A DNA stretch of 64,000 nucleotides from Eledone cirrhosa (taxonomy: Eukaryota), in NCBI GenBank assembly GCA_964016885.1, contig OZ024743.1, positions 278,194,001 through 278,258,000 on the forward strand, read 5' to 3'. Position 1 is the first letter of the stretch; every line of letters begins with the position of its first letter. The notes beneath the pieces were generated by a model that worked only from the letters and a program-made list of their open reading frames with translations, did not search any database and was not told the DNA's origin. This document shows positions 1 to 13,557 of the stretch, piece by piece. A program made the position numbers and the translations under genes.

Positions 1-3000
1 CTGGGAATTCTCCCGTTCTGTTGTCCGTCGAGGTAGACACTAAAGTCCATCCCTCGATCCGAAGTGTCGCTGAAAATCTTCACACATTTTCCCGGGATCG
101 AGTAGCATGCGCCCGTCGTGGTCCACCAAAGACCGGATCGTGGCTTTGTTGCTGCCGCGACGCGCCTCCGCCACTCAGGCCCATTGAACGGCTTTCGTCC
201 CCTCGTGTCTGAGAGCACGCACCCTAGCTCTGACAACGCAGCCTTCGGGCTTTGTATTGAAGAATTGGTCAAGGGTCAATTTCGCCGCAAGTACGTCGGT
301 CGCGATGCCTTTTCTAAGCGCCTCGTCTAATTTTCTAACTAATTCTCCCCCTCTGCTCTATTTTTCTCTATTGCTAAACCCTTACTAAACCTAATGGACT
401 CGATTCTAATTACTCTTTTCATAGCAAACCACCACTTCTTGTTGACGATGTCCCCCAACAACGCCCGCTTAACTAGTTCGCTAATCCGGTCTCTGTAGGC
501 CTTGCGCGCTGGTAAGGACGCGTTTAGCTTCCACTAGCAGGGTCTTCGTCTATGAAGCCTATCTACGTCAAGCACACAGATTACGAATTTGTGGTCCGTG
601 TAGCTGACTATCTTGAATTGTGGACAGCCTATGCTATACCTATCTATTTCCCTACAAAATACTCTATCTAGATATGATCTGCATGACCCTATGCGATTTG
701 TCCAAGTCCACATTAGCACATTCGGGAAATCCAATCGGTACCTGTCAGACAGTTCAAAACGCCTGAGCAGGTTGGTGAGGCTTTTGCACCCTCCTCCACT
801 ATCCGCTGAACCCACACAGTCCCAGCGTGCATCTAAGATCCCGTTCCAGTCGTCCACTAACATTAAAGAGCGGGACCTTCCAAGAAAGCTCTCCAGACGC
901 CGGAAGAAATCAGGCCGCCCTCCTCCTGTCGGGGCATAGACGGCCACTAGCCTGAAAGCTTGCCCTTCTCCGCTGGTCCCGTCTAGCACCACCAACTTAC
1001 CTTCTGGGTCCAGGAAGATGGCCCGTATGGCGAGATCCAAACTTCTCCGAAAAAGCACAGCAAGTCCTCCCACCAAAACAGGACGGCTGGGAGATGCGTA
1101 CACATCGTAGCCGCCGAAGATCGGTGCGAAGGCCCGTGCTTCGGAGATTCTGGTCTCGCTGATGGCCACTACATCTATGTTTAGTGACCTAATTGTCGTT
1201 GAGCAGGTGGCCCTGCTTCCATGACGACCCCAAGCCACGCGCATTTATGCTGCCTATTCTGAGTGAGGTCATGTTGAAAAGGAGTGGAAAAGATGGGAAA
1301 GATCACTTACCTTACTTCTCGTAGAGGAAGGACGATGTTTCCATCCTTTTCACTGCTTGTGGCCTCCTCAGGAAGGATGTCCTTATAAATCCTCCTGGAG
1401 AGTGCTTTTCGGAAGTCTCCGATGTCTTTGAGGAATTTTTGTTTTAGTGTCATGTACGTTTTCTGTGTGATGCGAGTGATTTGTATGTGTGGAGGTGGTG
1501 TGAATTTTTGGGTTGTTGTGTAGTCTTTTTCTGTGATGCTGGTGTTGTGTTGGATGTAGTGTAATAATTGCTTGTTGTTCAAATTTAATGCTGTGTAGTG
1601 TGTATCGTTTTGGTTGTTTTGTTTTGTTTGCGTTTGTTGTGGGTTTGTTTCTGTTTCGCATGTTGGTGACTTTTGTGGTGTATGTGATGGTGGTGTTGGG
1701 GTTAATGGTGGTGATGGTGTTGGTGTTTGGGGTGATGGGGTTGGTGATGCTGGTGTGGATGGTGACATATCTGTCCTAACTTTTTTGTTTGTTAACTTAT
1801 TTGTTTCCCTCTGTATTTTCTTTTTGGAGAGGGAAGGAAGAGAATTTTTTTCTTTTTTGGTTTCTTTTTTTATTTCCTGATACCGTTTCCCACTCCTCGT
1901 CGTCACAATCTGTCTCCAGTTGTGATAGGCCGGGGAGTGGAAAATCCTCCACAGGCGTTAGTTTTGGTTGTGGCGTGGGTGCTAGTTCTGAAGCGTTGGG
2001 TGGTGTTGGTGTTGGTTTTCCTGGTGGTGGTGGTGTTGGTTTTGCTACTGTTGCTGGGGTTGTTGCTGTTATAGTTGCTTCTGTTGTTGCTGCTACAGTT
2101 GTTGCTGCCATCTCTGCTACTGGTGCTGTTGATGGTTGAGTCACTGGGTGGGTAGGAGAGGTGGCCTCAACCTTTTAGCCTGAGGGCAGAAAGCCCTTAG
2201 GTGGGTTCCTTCACCACAAACGACACACCTAGGCCTTCTGCCCTCGACAATCACGTTGAGGTGGCTGCCGTCAGTGAAGTCTATTACTTCTGGGATCTCC
2301 TCAATGCTTTTTTGGTCCGCTTGGATCAGGAGCTCCATCCCAGATCCGGGCCAGTTCTCATGCTTTTCTTTTGCTATTGCTATTATCTTTGTGTTGGCTT
2401 CGATGCCGCGAGGACGGCCGCTATTAGCCAGGGAATTTCGATGGCCGGTGGAACGTGGGTCACCCTGATCTTTACGAGTCTCTGGCCACAATAGCTTGGG
2501 ACGAGTGTGTAGTCGTCACTTCTTAATGGGGCCATGGAGTGTTCTCTAGCCTCCTGTGGTGTTTCAAAGAACACGTCCACGGTTCCATACTTCTGCCCAC
2601 GTCTGATGTGGATTTTTCTTGCCCACACATGTCCCAAAGCTTTTTGGATTTGGGACTCGGATGCCCGTTCCACCCGGCGCGATTTTATATTAATTGTTTG
2701 ATAAGACACGGTGCATAGGCGCTGATGCTCCATTTTATTAGGTTGGGGGTGAGGCTGACCCTGTACCCATCTTTCTTTACCATTCCTTTGGCTTCTTCTA
2801 ATTCCTCCTGAGTTACCTTAAATGCTTCGCACTGTTTTGCTACTCTGGCAAAACTCAGGGTGGTTTTCTTAATGTCATTGTTGCTGTTGTTTTTATCGTT
2901 ATTTTTGTTATTATTAATTTTAGTTTCAGTTGTGGAGGTGGTGGCGTCAGTGGTGTTCGGTGTGGAAGAGTTCATTTTGGTTGAATTCATTTCGATATCA

Positions 3001-3462
3001 CGAGTTATTTATTTTTTCTTTTGTTTCTGTTGTCGCGGTGGTGGTGGGAGTGGTGGTTGTCGCGGTGGTGGTGGCGGCTTTAACACCTGCAGTCATTGGT
3101 AATGGCGGGAAATGAATGTCTGCCTGTGACAAATTTAAAATATTGCTATTGCTTATATTTTTAGTGTTGGCAAACGTAGTAATATTTACAATGGTGGTGC
3201 CGGTGTGAGGTGTTAGTTTGTGAAGAAGGAGTGACTCTGAGTCATCCATGATTTTTCAAACAAACATTTTTGTTTGATAATTATAAAAGTTAAAATTTTG
3301 GCCTCAAAGCCCAATCTTTTTGGATGTCCTTTTCAGATAACAATGTATGTGCACTTATATACAGTTAACAATAAAAATTTTCCATGAATGGCAATTTTAA
3401 ACAACTGAAAATAACAAACCTTTGCGAAGCTCACGACGATACGATTTACTACGTAGGTCGCC
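1..3462 (-). mobile_element. Tx1/L1-clade non-LTR retrotransposon, TTA family 1, 5' part (degenerate ORF1 plus APE portion of ORF2); continues beyond window start
   Basis: APE motifs (DVVAISETR, AVYAP, DWNGIL, YLDRVF, YTDHK) in ORF 534-1244; CCHC knuckle CVVCGEGTHLRAFC; colinear with 32822-36538; 5' end GGCGACCTACG abuts (TTA)n at 3463; frameshifts and deletions. Confidence 0.9.
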
Positions 3463-3534
<72 letters not shown>

Positions 3535-3536
<2 letters not shown>

Positions 3537-3732
3537 TTTCTTTATTAACCACAAGGGTTTACATAAAGTAGACATTAAGGACAGTGCAGGACAATGCAGG
3601 ACGGTACAAATGGGCATTTCTGCGTGTAAAAAAACAAAAACAGAGGATGTAACAAAAATAACAATGAAAATAACAATGAAAAATTCCCCAATAGGGGGGA
3701 GACTTCGGAGGGACATTTGTGGAGAAAGCCCA
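3535..3732 (-). mobile_element. 5'-truncated 3' UTR fragment of Tx1 TTA family 1
   Basis: Matches 30648-30828; AATAAA near the end; TAA repeats on both sides. Confidence 0.85.
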
Positions 3733-3767
<35 letters not shown>

Positions 3768-3769
<2 letters not shown>

Positions 3770-4125
3770 TCGTGTCTGATTGTGGATGTGGCCTGCCCGT
3801 TCGACACGAGAGTGCAAGAGAAGGAGAGGGAGAAAATTAACCGATACCAGGACCTAAAGTGGGAGGTGAAAAGGATTTGGAACTGCCATGAAGTCAAAGT
3901 GATCCCGATTGTCATAGGCGCACTGGGGACTATCTCCAAAAGTTTCCAGGGATGGTTAAAGAAAATCGGCCCCTTCACGCTTTTTGGAACGCTTCAAAAG
4001 GCATGCTTGCTTGGAACAGCAAGAACCCTCCGATACGTCCTGAATATCTGAGGCTGCAGGTAGTGGCTTGATATTCAATCCAACGGACTTTCCAGTTAAC
4101 CAACATCAATGACTGAGATTCAAGG
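3768..4125 (+). mobile_element. R4/Dong family A 3' fragment
   Basis: DVACPFD...KINRYQDL...LRYVLNI plus 3' UTR ending TTCAAGG-(AAT)n, as at 30239-30596. Confidence 0.9.
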
Positions 4126-4224
4126 AATAACAACAATAATAATAATAATAATAATAATGGTGGTGATGATGATGATGTTATGTGTTGTTGCTGCTATTAT
4201 TATTATTGTTGTTATTATGATTAT

Positions 4225-4427
4225 CCAGAACCAGCTGGATGGAGTGTTTGGGGATTCTGGCACCACGACCATCTGATGTATAGGTGGGTGAAGAAGAAGA
4301 AGAAGAAGAAGAAGAAGAAGAAGAAGAAGAAGAAGAAGAAGAAGAAGAAGAAGAAGAAGAAGAAGAAGAAGAAGAAGAAGAAGAAGAAGAAGAAGAAGAA
4401 GAAGAAGAAGAAGAAGAAGAAGAAGAA
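4225..4427 (+). mobile_element. RTE-clade 3' terminal fragment with (GAA)46 tail
   Basis: RTSWMECLGILAPRPS; homologous to 61979-62160. Confidence 0.7.
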
Positions 4428-4428
4428 G

Positions 4429-4715
4429 ACAATACCAGTGGTTGTAGGCGCTCTAGGAATGATACCTAAGGGGTCTAATGATTACTTATTGCAAATCCCA
4501 GGAAACCCGCGTATAGGAGAAATACAAAAGATAGTACTAATGGGAACTGCCCATATACTAAGGAAGATTCTGTCAATATAAGTACATCACAAGTCTAAAC
4601 ACCGTGTGTGTATGTATGTTCTTTCTTGAACATGGCGGACCTTGTTGTCTCTTGAGGTCACTGGTTGTAACTTGGTGATAACTCGCATGAACATAAAGCA
4701 ACTTAAATGCAACTG
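4429..4715 (+). mobile_element. R4/Dong family B 3' fragment
   Basis: TIPVVVGALG...ILRKILSI plus 3' UTR matching 42889-43183, followed by (TAA)n. Confidence 0.9.
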
Positions 4716-5130
4716 TAATAATAATAATAATAATAATAATAACAATAATAATAATAATAATAATAATGGTAATGATGATGATGATATGTGTTGTTGCTGC
4801 TATTATTATCATTGTTGTTATTATGATTATTATTATTATCGTCATCATCATCATCCTCTTTATTATTACTACCCAGTGATACTCTAAATGATTTAGCAAA
4901 GGCTTCTTAAGTTATGGTAGCAAAAAGCGAAACAAAAATAGAAAGCTAACTGGAATTTAATAAATGACGTGAAGATGACATGGCGGCGGAGGCACTGTAA
5001 CTCTATACTATTGATTGGATGAGAGAATTCTCAGCAAACGTTCATTCGCTGATAGTATCTTTAGAAGTTAGTCAATGATCGAATAAATTATTCATGAAGT
5101 CATTCAATGGAAGATTCCTTTGTCGTTTAA

Positions 5131-5339
5131 CCCTTTCAAGTCGAGTAAGCTATGCCCTAAAGCAAATGAAAATTACTAGCTCACTAGCTGAAGGATCTCG
5201 TTCAATGTATGCCTTTTAACTTAATCGGCTTATATGCAACACGAATTGTTGCGTCGATAAGCAACATGAATTATAATGTTACTATATCTCAGTGCAAAGT
5301 TAAGGTCGATAATGAAACGACTGGTGGATTCAAAATGGG
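5131..5339. mobile_element. Possible piggyBac-like MITE
   Basis: TTAA|CCCTTTCAAGTC ... GATTCAAAATGGG|TTAA: TTAA flanks and degenerate CCC/GGG inverted ends. Confidence 0.4.
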
Positions 5340-6084
5340 TTAATGATAATAGCATTTTTCTTGTGACTAGTTATTGAATCTAGAAAGTTGGTGCACTCAC
5401 GGAATTGGACCCAACCGTATTACTAATAGTAATTCTATCAACTACTTCAAATGGACCTTGTAGACAAATTCAAACGAATTCAGTACATTGAAGTTGGTTC
5501 GATAAAATGCTATGATATTATAGTTTTCATTTATAGTTCTTAAAATATCTATTAATTGTCATACATCACTCCAAATTTGATTTGAAGTGGCGTCCCATAA
5601 CACCTCAATCGAGGGTTGTAATGGAATATTACTAGTACATCTGAGTATGGAGCTTCAACTGTACGTAAATACACTCTAGATCGCACCCCACCCACCAAAG
5701 CCACCTGACTAATATCCATAAATTCCCCGTGAAACACAGTACTCACTGATCTACAGAAGAACTATCTTCAACGCAGCTTTATATGTGCTACTACAGTGGT
5801 CTCTATTCTTCGGAGCTGTTTGATCTCGAGACAACTCCATTCAGGCTTCTACATCAACTTCTATATCACACACATTTTTGCCCGTATTTACTCCCCAGAA
5901 TATCAACCCACTTCTAATCCTCTACTCTGCGTATGTCAGCAGCAGGTGTCATGTTGAGAAACATTAATCGCGTCAATCTCACCATTATGGGAAGAGCTTT
6001 AACGACCAAGAGTAGTACTTTTTTTTCTCGAGAAAACCTTTAAAACATATCTATATATTATATGGGATTTATAATGATGATCTG

Positions 6085-6150
<66 letters not shown>

Positions 6151-6323
6151 AATCACACAATCACAAACACATAATTTATTCATCTAAACTAAAGAAGAAA
6201 AATCTATTTATATATATCAAATACTGTGCAACATATTTTGTGTACACTCTTCCCATCTCGTCGAAAAAATAGTGTTTCAATATCTATCTATCTATTTATT
6301 TCTCTCCCACTCTCTTTATCTGC

Positions 6324-6360
<37 letters not shown>

Positions 6361-7327
6361 TACATATACACAGATATATTTTGTTGTTGCTGCTACCGCT
6401 CACACCTGAATATGGTTTTATTTCATAGGAGCTTTCTTCGAATTTTTTTAATAGAACAGGTTCCAGACATCATGCTATATATATGCGCTCAAGCATGGGT
6501 GTTTGTATATGTATGCATGCTTTTGTGTAAAAATTATGCTCGAATTTAGTCTGCAAGGAACAAAAATGCATTCTTCAAATGGTAAAATTATATGACACTT
6601 CTATAAATCATAGATTGCTCTTCATAAAGGATTGGAAATATTAAATGTGAAGAACAAAAAATGTGAACAGAGGAAATATCAACAAAATATAATAAATACA
6701 TAAATAAAAAAACAAGATAAATTATATAGCATTGAAAGGAATGTTTACATCTAAAACTTCTACATCATATTGATGTCCTTTCTTTCTTCTTTCTTTCATT
6801 TAGGCTTTCTTTTTTACCCTTATAGTTACTGATTTATCTCCCTTCGCAAACACAAGAAGCACATACACACACGCACGCACAAATACAAATATAGTTGTAT
6901 AACTAACAAAAAAAACAGAATTACACATACTCACACCCACGCACACAGGCAAGCACTCACTTAACAGTTCATGCAAGAAAGACGCTAGAAGAAACAAGAA
7001 ATAAATAAGAAAAATATGAAATAAATGAATAAACTCAGAGAGAGACACACAGACATACAACCCGGGTCATTCAGTGTCACTGTATTCACTCACATCCAGT
7101 CATACGTTCATCGGCTGAAGCTGAGAGGGGTGACCAATAAATGACGTCATACTTCGAAATCGAACGTCATCTTGTCTCCTTCAACGGAAGTTCGTACTTA
7201 ACGACATAACCTTGATTAATTGCATATATATAACATAAGAAAATTAAAACGTATATCTTATACGCACACACAAACACACACACACACACACACACACATA
7301 CATATATATATATAAACAAATAAATAA

Positions 7328-7412
<85 letters not shown>

Positions 7413-7429
7413 CATATATATATATATAT

Positions 7430-7491
<62 letters not shown>

Positions 7492-7568
7492 TATATATAT
7501 ATATATACATATATATATATGTAGTGACGTAACATAAGTCAATTGCATGAACTCATAATCCTTTATTT

Positions 7569-7624
7569 ACTGGTATATATATTTCGATGATAGCCATTGA
7601 ATGGCTATGACCTCATCAGGCAGT
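7569..7624 (-). ncRNA. Minimal type I hammerhead ribozyme motif (PLE remnant)
   Basis: ACTGC-CTGATGA-[ATAGCCAT/ATGGCTAT stem]-GAAA-TATATA-TA-CCAGT, then AATAAA; homolog of 12274-12326. Confidence 0.7.
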
Positions 7625-7687
7625 TAGTCAGTGCTTAGATATGCCAGCTCTGTGTTTATAGTGTTGATGGTATCAGAGCCTTGGGAC

Positions 7688-7778
<91 letters not shown>

Positions 7779-7782
7779 AATA

Positions 7783-7814
<32 letters not shown>

Positions 7815-7837
7815 AATATATAAATATATATAAATAT

Positions 7838-7896
<59 letters not shown>

Positions 7897-7899
7897 AAT

Positions 7900-7930
<31 letters not shown>

Positions 7931-8102
7931 AATATGTATATATATATAAATATATATGTATATAAATATATATATATATATAAATATATATGTATATAAA
8001 TATATATATATATATAAATATATATAATATATATAAATATATATAAATATATATATATATAAATATATATATAAATATATATATATATATAAATATATAA
8101 AT

Positions 8103-8157
<55 letters not shown>

Positions 8158-8158
8158 A

Positions 8159-8255
<97 letters not shown>

Positions 8256-8260
8256 ATTTA
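7688..8260. repeat. (TA)n microsatellite tract
   Basis: Direct inspection; a further TA tract lies at ~7330-7520. Confidence 0.95.
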
Positions 8261-8502
8261 TTGCAATATGCCTTATATTTTTTCTTTTCAATACATTTGT
8301 TTATTTGTTTCCATTTCGTTTCTCTCCCCCTCCTCACACTACTCCGTCTTGCCATTTTTCTCTTCATATGTAACTCCTACCCCTTTTATATTATCAATCG
8401 AGTTCATCTATATAAAAACACTTGGACACTTTTCACTACTATGCTCTTGTTGCTTTTTTTATGTATCACATATTTCCTACCTTCATCTCTCTCTCCCTCT
8501 CG

Positions 8503-8536
<34 letters not shown>

Positions 8537-8667
8537 GTATTTGAGGTGTGTGTGTTTGTGTGTATGTATGTGCTTGTGTGTATTGTAAAATCACACCCAC
8601 TCTCTCTCTCACACACACATATATATGTATATGTATATATATATTGTATATATATATATATGAGTGC

Positions 8668-8722
<55 letters not shown>

Positions 8723-9533
8723 GGTGTTTGTGTGGGTGTGTATTTTCTTTCACGTTAAATAACTTTCCTGTCCTTTTGTGCAAGGACAACATTTAAAAAT
8801 AATGTAACAAACCACCAACAAATAGCTAAATAAAAATAAAGACATTAAAATCCAAGGTCAGGCAATATAGATTTGAAGAAAATGGATGACAGAAATTTGG
8901 TGGTATACCAGCTAACATAGTCCTTCGGCAAATGTTATCTCAAAATATTTTTTATATGGTTTAAAATCAATATCTAAAGGGAAGGCATGTCTAAGTTGTA
9001 AGTTACAATAGTATAATTATTTTGGTTAAATTTTGCATAGGGACAGAAACAAAATGTTATATTCTTTTTGAGTCGTTTTGAAATTTTGAATATGGTCATA
9101 AGGTAAGAAGATCGTCATAGGCATTGGGACTTTCTCTGAGGTTCTCGCAAAATAGAAGTTTCAATTATATTATAATAAAATGAACCGATTTTCATAGAAA
9201 TAATTATGATTAAAATTTTCGTTAATGTGCCGTTTATTTGTTATTTTTAATACATTAAATTAATTCACCAGCTTAAATTAATTCATCATTTAGATGTGTT
9301 GTATGCAACATTTTCAAGGGAGTCAAATTTCTAGATGTTCATTATTATTTTAAATCCATTTATCGGAAATATATTTAATTCGTGTTACTGTATTTGATTT
9401 AGTTTTTAATAAATCCAGGCAAATCCAAGTACTGCCACTAATATCGTGTAGCAACCCTTTTGGTTACAAACTAGAAGAATTATCAACAGTAGAGAACAAA
9501 GTGAAAGTTGACAACAATAAATAAATAGGACTA

Positions 9534-9580
<47 letters not shown>

Positions 9581-10019
9581 GTCGGGCTAGATCGATACGG
9601 ATCGAACCTTGAACTGATTGGCGGCGAAATGCGCGTCACCAACCAATAAACGTAATGAATGAGTAACCACTCGACTCGTCCTTGTTTTATTTTATTATAT
9701 ATATATATATATAACGAGAGAGGGTGAGAGAGAGAGAGAGAGCGAGAGAGACAAGGGAGAGAGAAAGTGAGAGAGTAGTGTAGTTAATAAGAAGCATTGT
9801 GAGATATGTAGCCAAACACCAATAAATCTTTTAAAAGCTGGTACAATGCGGTAGAAAATACGAAGGGAAAGTGATGACAAATAAAGTTATGTTTAACTCA
9901 AAGTATTTTAGCTTTAATTTCAGTGGGCTCATACTCGGGGTTGGTATATTAACCATTCCGCCTCATGCCTTTCTGACTTATTAATTATCTCTTGTTCTAT
10001 TCGGCTGATGAAAATGGCT

Positions 10020-10560
10020 TCAATAATCCTTAACTTTCCCGTATTCCTTTCCCGTATTCCTCCATATCTTGGTTTTGGCATGTGTCCAGATGTTTTTAAC
10101 GGAAGCAGCTCTCATTTTCGCGCGTTTCTTGATCTGTATGTGTAGACTCCTTATGGTACTGTCGATATATGTGTAGCTGTATTTTTTGCACGTGATCTTA
10201 TACACAGCTGCCATCAGACAAGACATCCGTAGGGAAGAACTGAATATACGGCTAGCACATTCGGGATCCAACTTGAGGAGACTGCTTCAAAGGTACCAAC
10301 CCACATACAGCGATATATGCATATGTGATCTATAAATTCACGTGCAAAAAATGCAGCTCCTCGTACATCGGAAGTAACATAGGGAGACTACACATACGGA
10401 TCAAGGAACACGTGACAATAAGAGCCTCTTCCATTAAAAAACATATTGACAAATCCAGCAATTGAAATCACCGTAGAGGCAATTAAAAGTTCAAACATTA
10501 AGCGATTGTAGGGAATGTTAAGTCTGGCGGAATCCATCACTCTGCATATTTCTGCCAGAG
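10020..10560. pseudogene. Two head-to-head degenerate Penelope GIY-YIG endonuclease fragments
   Basis: Minus strand: AVYKITCKKYSYTYIDSTIRSLHIQIK. Plus strand from ~10322: YVIYKFTCKKCSSSYIGSNIGRLHIRIKEH. Confidence 0.75.
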
Positions 10561-10629
10561 AAAGAAAGGAAGCGAGAAAGGAGGGGGGGGCAGTCAGAGG
10601 GGGGAAGTGAGAAAGAGATATAGTGGAAG

Positions 10630-10797
10630 ACTCAACCCCAGTTCCAGACAGGTACCCTTTTTTTTAAAATCAATTTCGAAAGGATGAAAGACAAAGTTGA
10701 CCTCAGCGAAACTTGAACTCAGGCAAAATTTGAACAAATTCTACAAAGCATTCTATTCAACGTTCTAATGTTCTAATGACGGTGCCAATTTGACGCC
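10630..10797 (-). mobile_element. Degenerate tRNA-derived Nin-domain SINE
   Basis: Similar to 62636-62825 (GAAAGGATGAAAGACAAAGTTGACCTC...TTGAACTCAG). Confidence 0.65.
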
Positions 10798-10844
10798 AAT
10801 AAATAAATTTAAAAAAAAATAATTAAAAATATCAGAAAAAAAAA

Positions 10845-10875
<31 letters not shown>

Positions 10876-11416
10876 AATTGAAACAAAATGAAAACAAAAT
10901 TTCATTTCTCACTCTTAGTATGGCACTTACTTAAATGTAAGTATGCATGTATACGTACATACATATATGTATACAGACGTACAGTAGCATGCACATATAT
11001 ATATATATATACATATATATATACATATGCATACAGGTACACATACATATATGCACGTATCAGTTTAGCGGCGCTTATTATAACGTCGCTTTGTTCGTTT
11101 GTAAACAAACTGAACAGCCTGAATTTATGCCATACGGTGTTAAGGCAACCACGTCACCTTTTTGTTCAACACTGACACAGGAACGATGTACTAGTTTCAT
11201 TTGAGTAAGTGCCATACTAAGAGTGAGAAATGAAATTTAAGTAAGTGCCATACTAAGAGTGAGAAATGAAATTTCGTTTTCATTTTGTTTCAATTTATCG
11301 TTTTCGGTATGCCTGACCGATTTAACTCACTCAATATACAAATTAGGCTGCTCAGCCGTTAATTTTCATAAGGAAAGTATATACTTTCGAACGTTCAACT
11401 ATCTGGCAGATGGGTA

Positions 11417-11461
11417 AACGGTGCTGATGATAGCTAACAAGCTTGAAACTAGTACATCGTT
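11417..11461 (+). ncRNA. Minimal type I hammerhead ribozyme, copy 1
   Basis: AACGGTG-CTGATGA-tAGCT-aaca-AGCTt-GAAA-CTAG-TA-CATCGTT: stem I 7 bp, palindromic stem III, GUA site. Confidence 0.85.
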
Positions 11462-11894
11462 CCTGTGTCAGTGTTGAACAAAAAGGTGACGTGGTTGCCT
11501 TAACACCGTATGGCATAAATTCAGGCTGTTCAGTTTGTTTACAAACGAACAAAGCGACGTTATAATAAGCGCCGCTAAACTGATACGTGCATATATGTAT
11601 GTGTACCTGTATGCATATGTATATATATATGTATATATATATATATATATATATGTGCATGCTACTGTACGTCTGTATACATATATGTATGTACGTATAC
11701 ATGCATACTTACATTTAAGTAAGTGCCATACTAAGAGTGAGAAATGAAATTTCGTTTTCATTTTGTTTCAATTTATCGTTTTCGGTATGCCTGACCGATT
11801 TAACTCACTCAATATGCAAATTAGGCTGCTCAGCCGTTAATTTTCATAAGGAAAGTATATACTTTCGAACGTTCAACTATCTGGCAGATGGGTA

Positions 11895-11939
11895 AACGGT
11901 GCTGATGATAGCTAACAAGCTTGAAACTAGTACATCGTT
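11895..11939 (+). ncRNA. Minimal type I hammerhead ribozyme, copy 2
   Basis: Identical motif 478 bp downstream of copy 1. Confidence 0.85.
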
Positions 11940-12103
11940 CCTGTGTCAGTGTTGAACAAAAAGGTGACGTGGTTGCCTTAACACCGTATGGCATAAATTC
12001 AGGCTGTTCAGTTTGTTTACAAACGAACAAAGCGACGTTATAATAAGCGCCGCTAAACTGATACGTGCATATATGTATGTGTACCTGTATGCATATGTAT
12101 ATA

Positions 12104-12141
<38 letters not shown>

Positions 12142-12193
12142 CATGCTACTGTACGTCTGTATACATATATGTATGTACGTATACATGCATACT

Positions 12194-12235
<42 letters not shown>

Positions 12236-12273
12236 AAATAAGTCAAATGTTTAAGATTTAGCTTCGTTTATTA

Positions 12274-12326
12274 CTGCTATATATATTTCGGTGACAGCCA
12301 TCTTTGGCTGTGACCTCTTCAGGCAG
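12274..12326 (-). ncRNA. Minimal type I hammerhead ribozyme
   Basis: CTGC-CTGAAGA-GGTcACAGCCA-aaga-TGGCTGTcACC-GAAA-TATATA-TA-GCAG, then AATAAA. Confidence 0.8.
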
Positions 12327-13173
12327 ACCGAATTAGTGTGGTATAGACAAGTACATATGTTGTTGAGGTGTATAATTTTGTCAATACTCTGATATGCCCA
12401 GCTCCTGGTTGGGTTGTTATTTCACTGAGGAACTGGAATCATATGAATTCAAACAAACGAATTTCAGTGTCAAAGGGCCTCTTCTCCTCTCATTGGTCAG
12501 TTGTTAGTACATTCCTCATTCAATATATATATGTGTGTGTGTGTGTGTGTGTATGTGTGTGTGTGAGAGAGAGAGAGAAGGAGTGAGAGGGTGTGTGTGT
12601 GTGTGTGTGTGAAATTCATCGTATACATACATACAAACACAGAAATTATTCACAAGAAATTATAGAGCGAACATGATCGTAGCCTTGCTTTATTTCATAC
12701 TATGACCGAAACTGTTCCACTTCAGGTACGACGACATGGTGATACAATTGCGAATGGCTGAAATACGAAATGTGGAATCACTGCGTGCATGAAAATAGAT
12801 AGAGCATGGAGGTGGTGGTGGGTGTATGTTGAGTAAATGCTAGGAAACATTCAACCTCGACAGCGACACAGCTCCAGTACTGGGTGTCATGCTAACAGCC
12901 GCACTCACAGTGTTGTTAATTTTACACAAACATAATGCCAGCCATGCACCCCCAAACAAGAACCATGTAGTCTTATATATCGATGGAGTGTGGTGCTTCA
13001 AGGATTGTATATGCATGCACGCGTATACGCGTGCATGCATATACATGTGTAGGCTGAGTGGAAGGGGAAGGACTGGTGTAGTTGGTGTTATAATGACCGT
13101 GGGTGCAGGTGCAAGCGTATATGAGGCAGCTCTGTGAGTGGAAGCCTAAATCTTCTGCATGGTTCCACCTGAA

Positions 13174-13200
<27 letters not shown>

Positions 13201-13204
<4 letters not shown>

Positions 13205-13557
13205 CACATAAGAAACGGAGAATCAGTGGTGCGACGAATTAGATTTTATTAGACATATTACAATCGCTCTCTGGCGACCAGCTCGAGGCACGATCGATGC
13301 GAGGATCGAACCTGACTCTGAATTCGAAAGTTCTTCAGATACGTATCTGAAGAACTTGCGATTTTAGAGTCAGGTTCGATCTTCGCATCGATCGTGTCTC
13401 AAGCTGGTCGCCAGAGAGCGATTGTAATATGTCTAATAAAATCTAATTCGTCGCACCACTGATTCTCCGTTTCTTATGTGATATTATACGATACTCTGTA
13501 AGAGCATCGAGTGCTCAAACGGCCTACCGCATAGGGACGCTTTAAGGCTCCCACACC
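13201..13557. mobile_element. Fold-back palindrome (142-bp arms, centre 13342/13343) with one-sided ~73-bp tail; PLE-type remnant
   Basis: Arms 13201-13342 and 13343-13484; degenerate hammerhead ACGTAT-CTGAAGA...TA-ATATGT begins at the centre; TA flanks. Confidence 0.75.

Larger units (their letters stand above)
10873..12198. repeat. 478-bp hammerhead-containing tandem dimer (11236-12198) preceded by an inverted partial copy (10873-11199)
   Basis: Near-identical units start at 11236 and 11714; 10873-11199 is the reverse complement of ~11444-11776. Confidence 0.9.

Noticed and set aside
613-939. Antisense ORFs recurring in Tx1 and Dong copies
   Set aside because: Shadows of the coding strand; recurrence reflects copy identity.
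7624-8796. Long YI/IY-rich ORFs (also 52-59 kb)
   Set aside because: Translations of TA/TG microsatellites.
9578-9650. Hammerhead halves (GAAATGCGCGTC; also GAAACACGTG at ~23995 and ~63920)
   Set aside because: No CUGANGA core found; at most truncated remnants.
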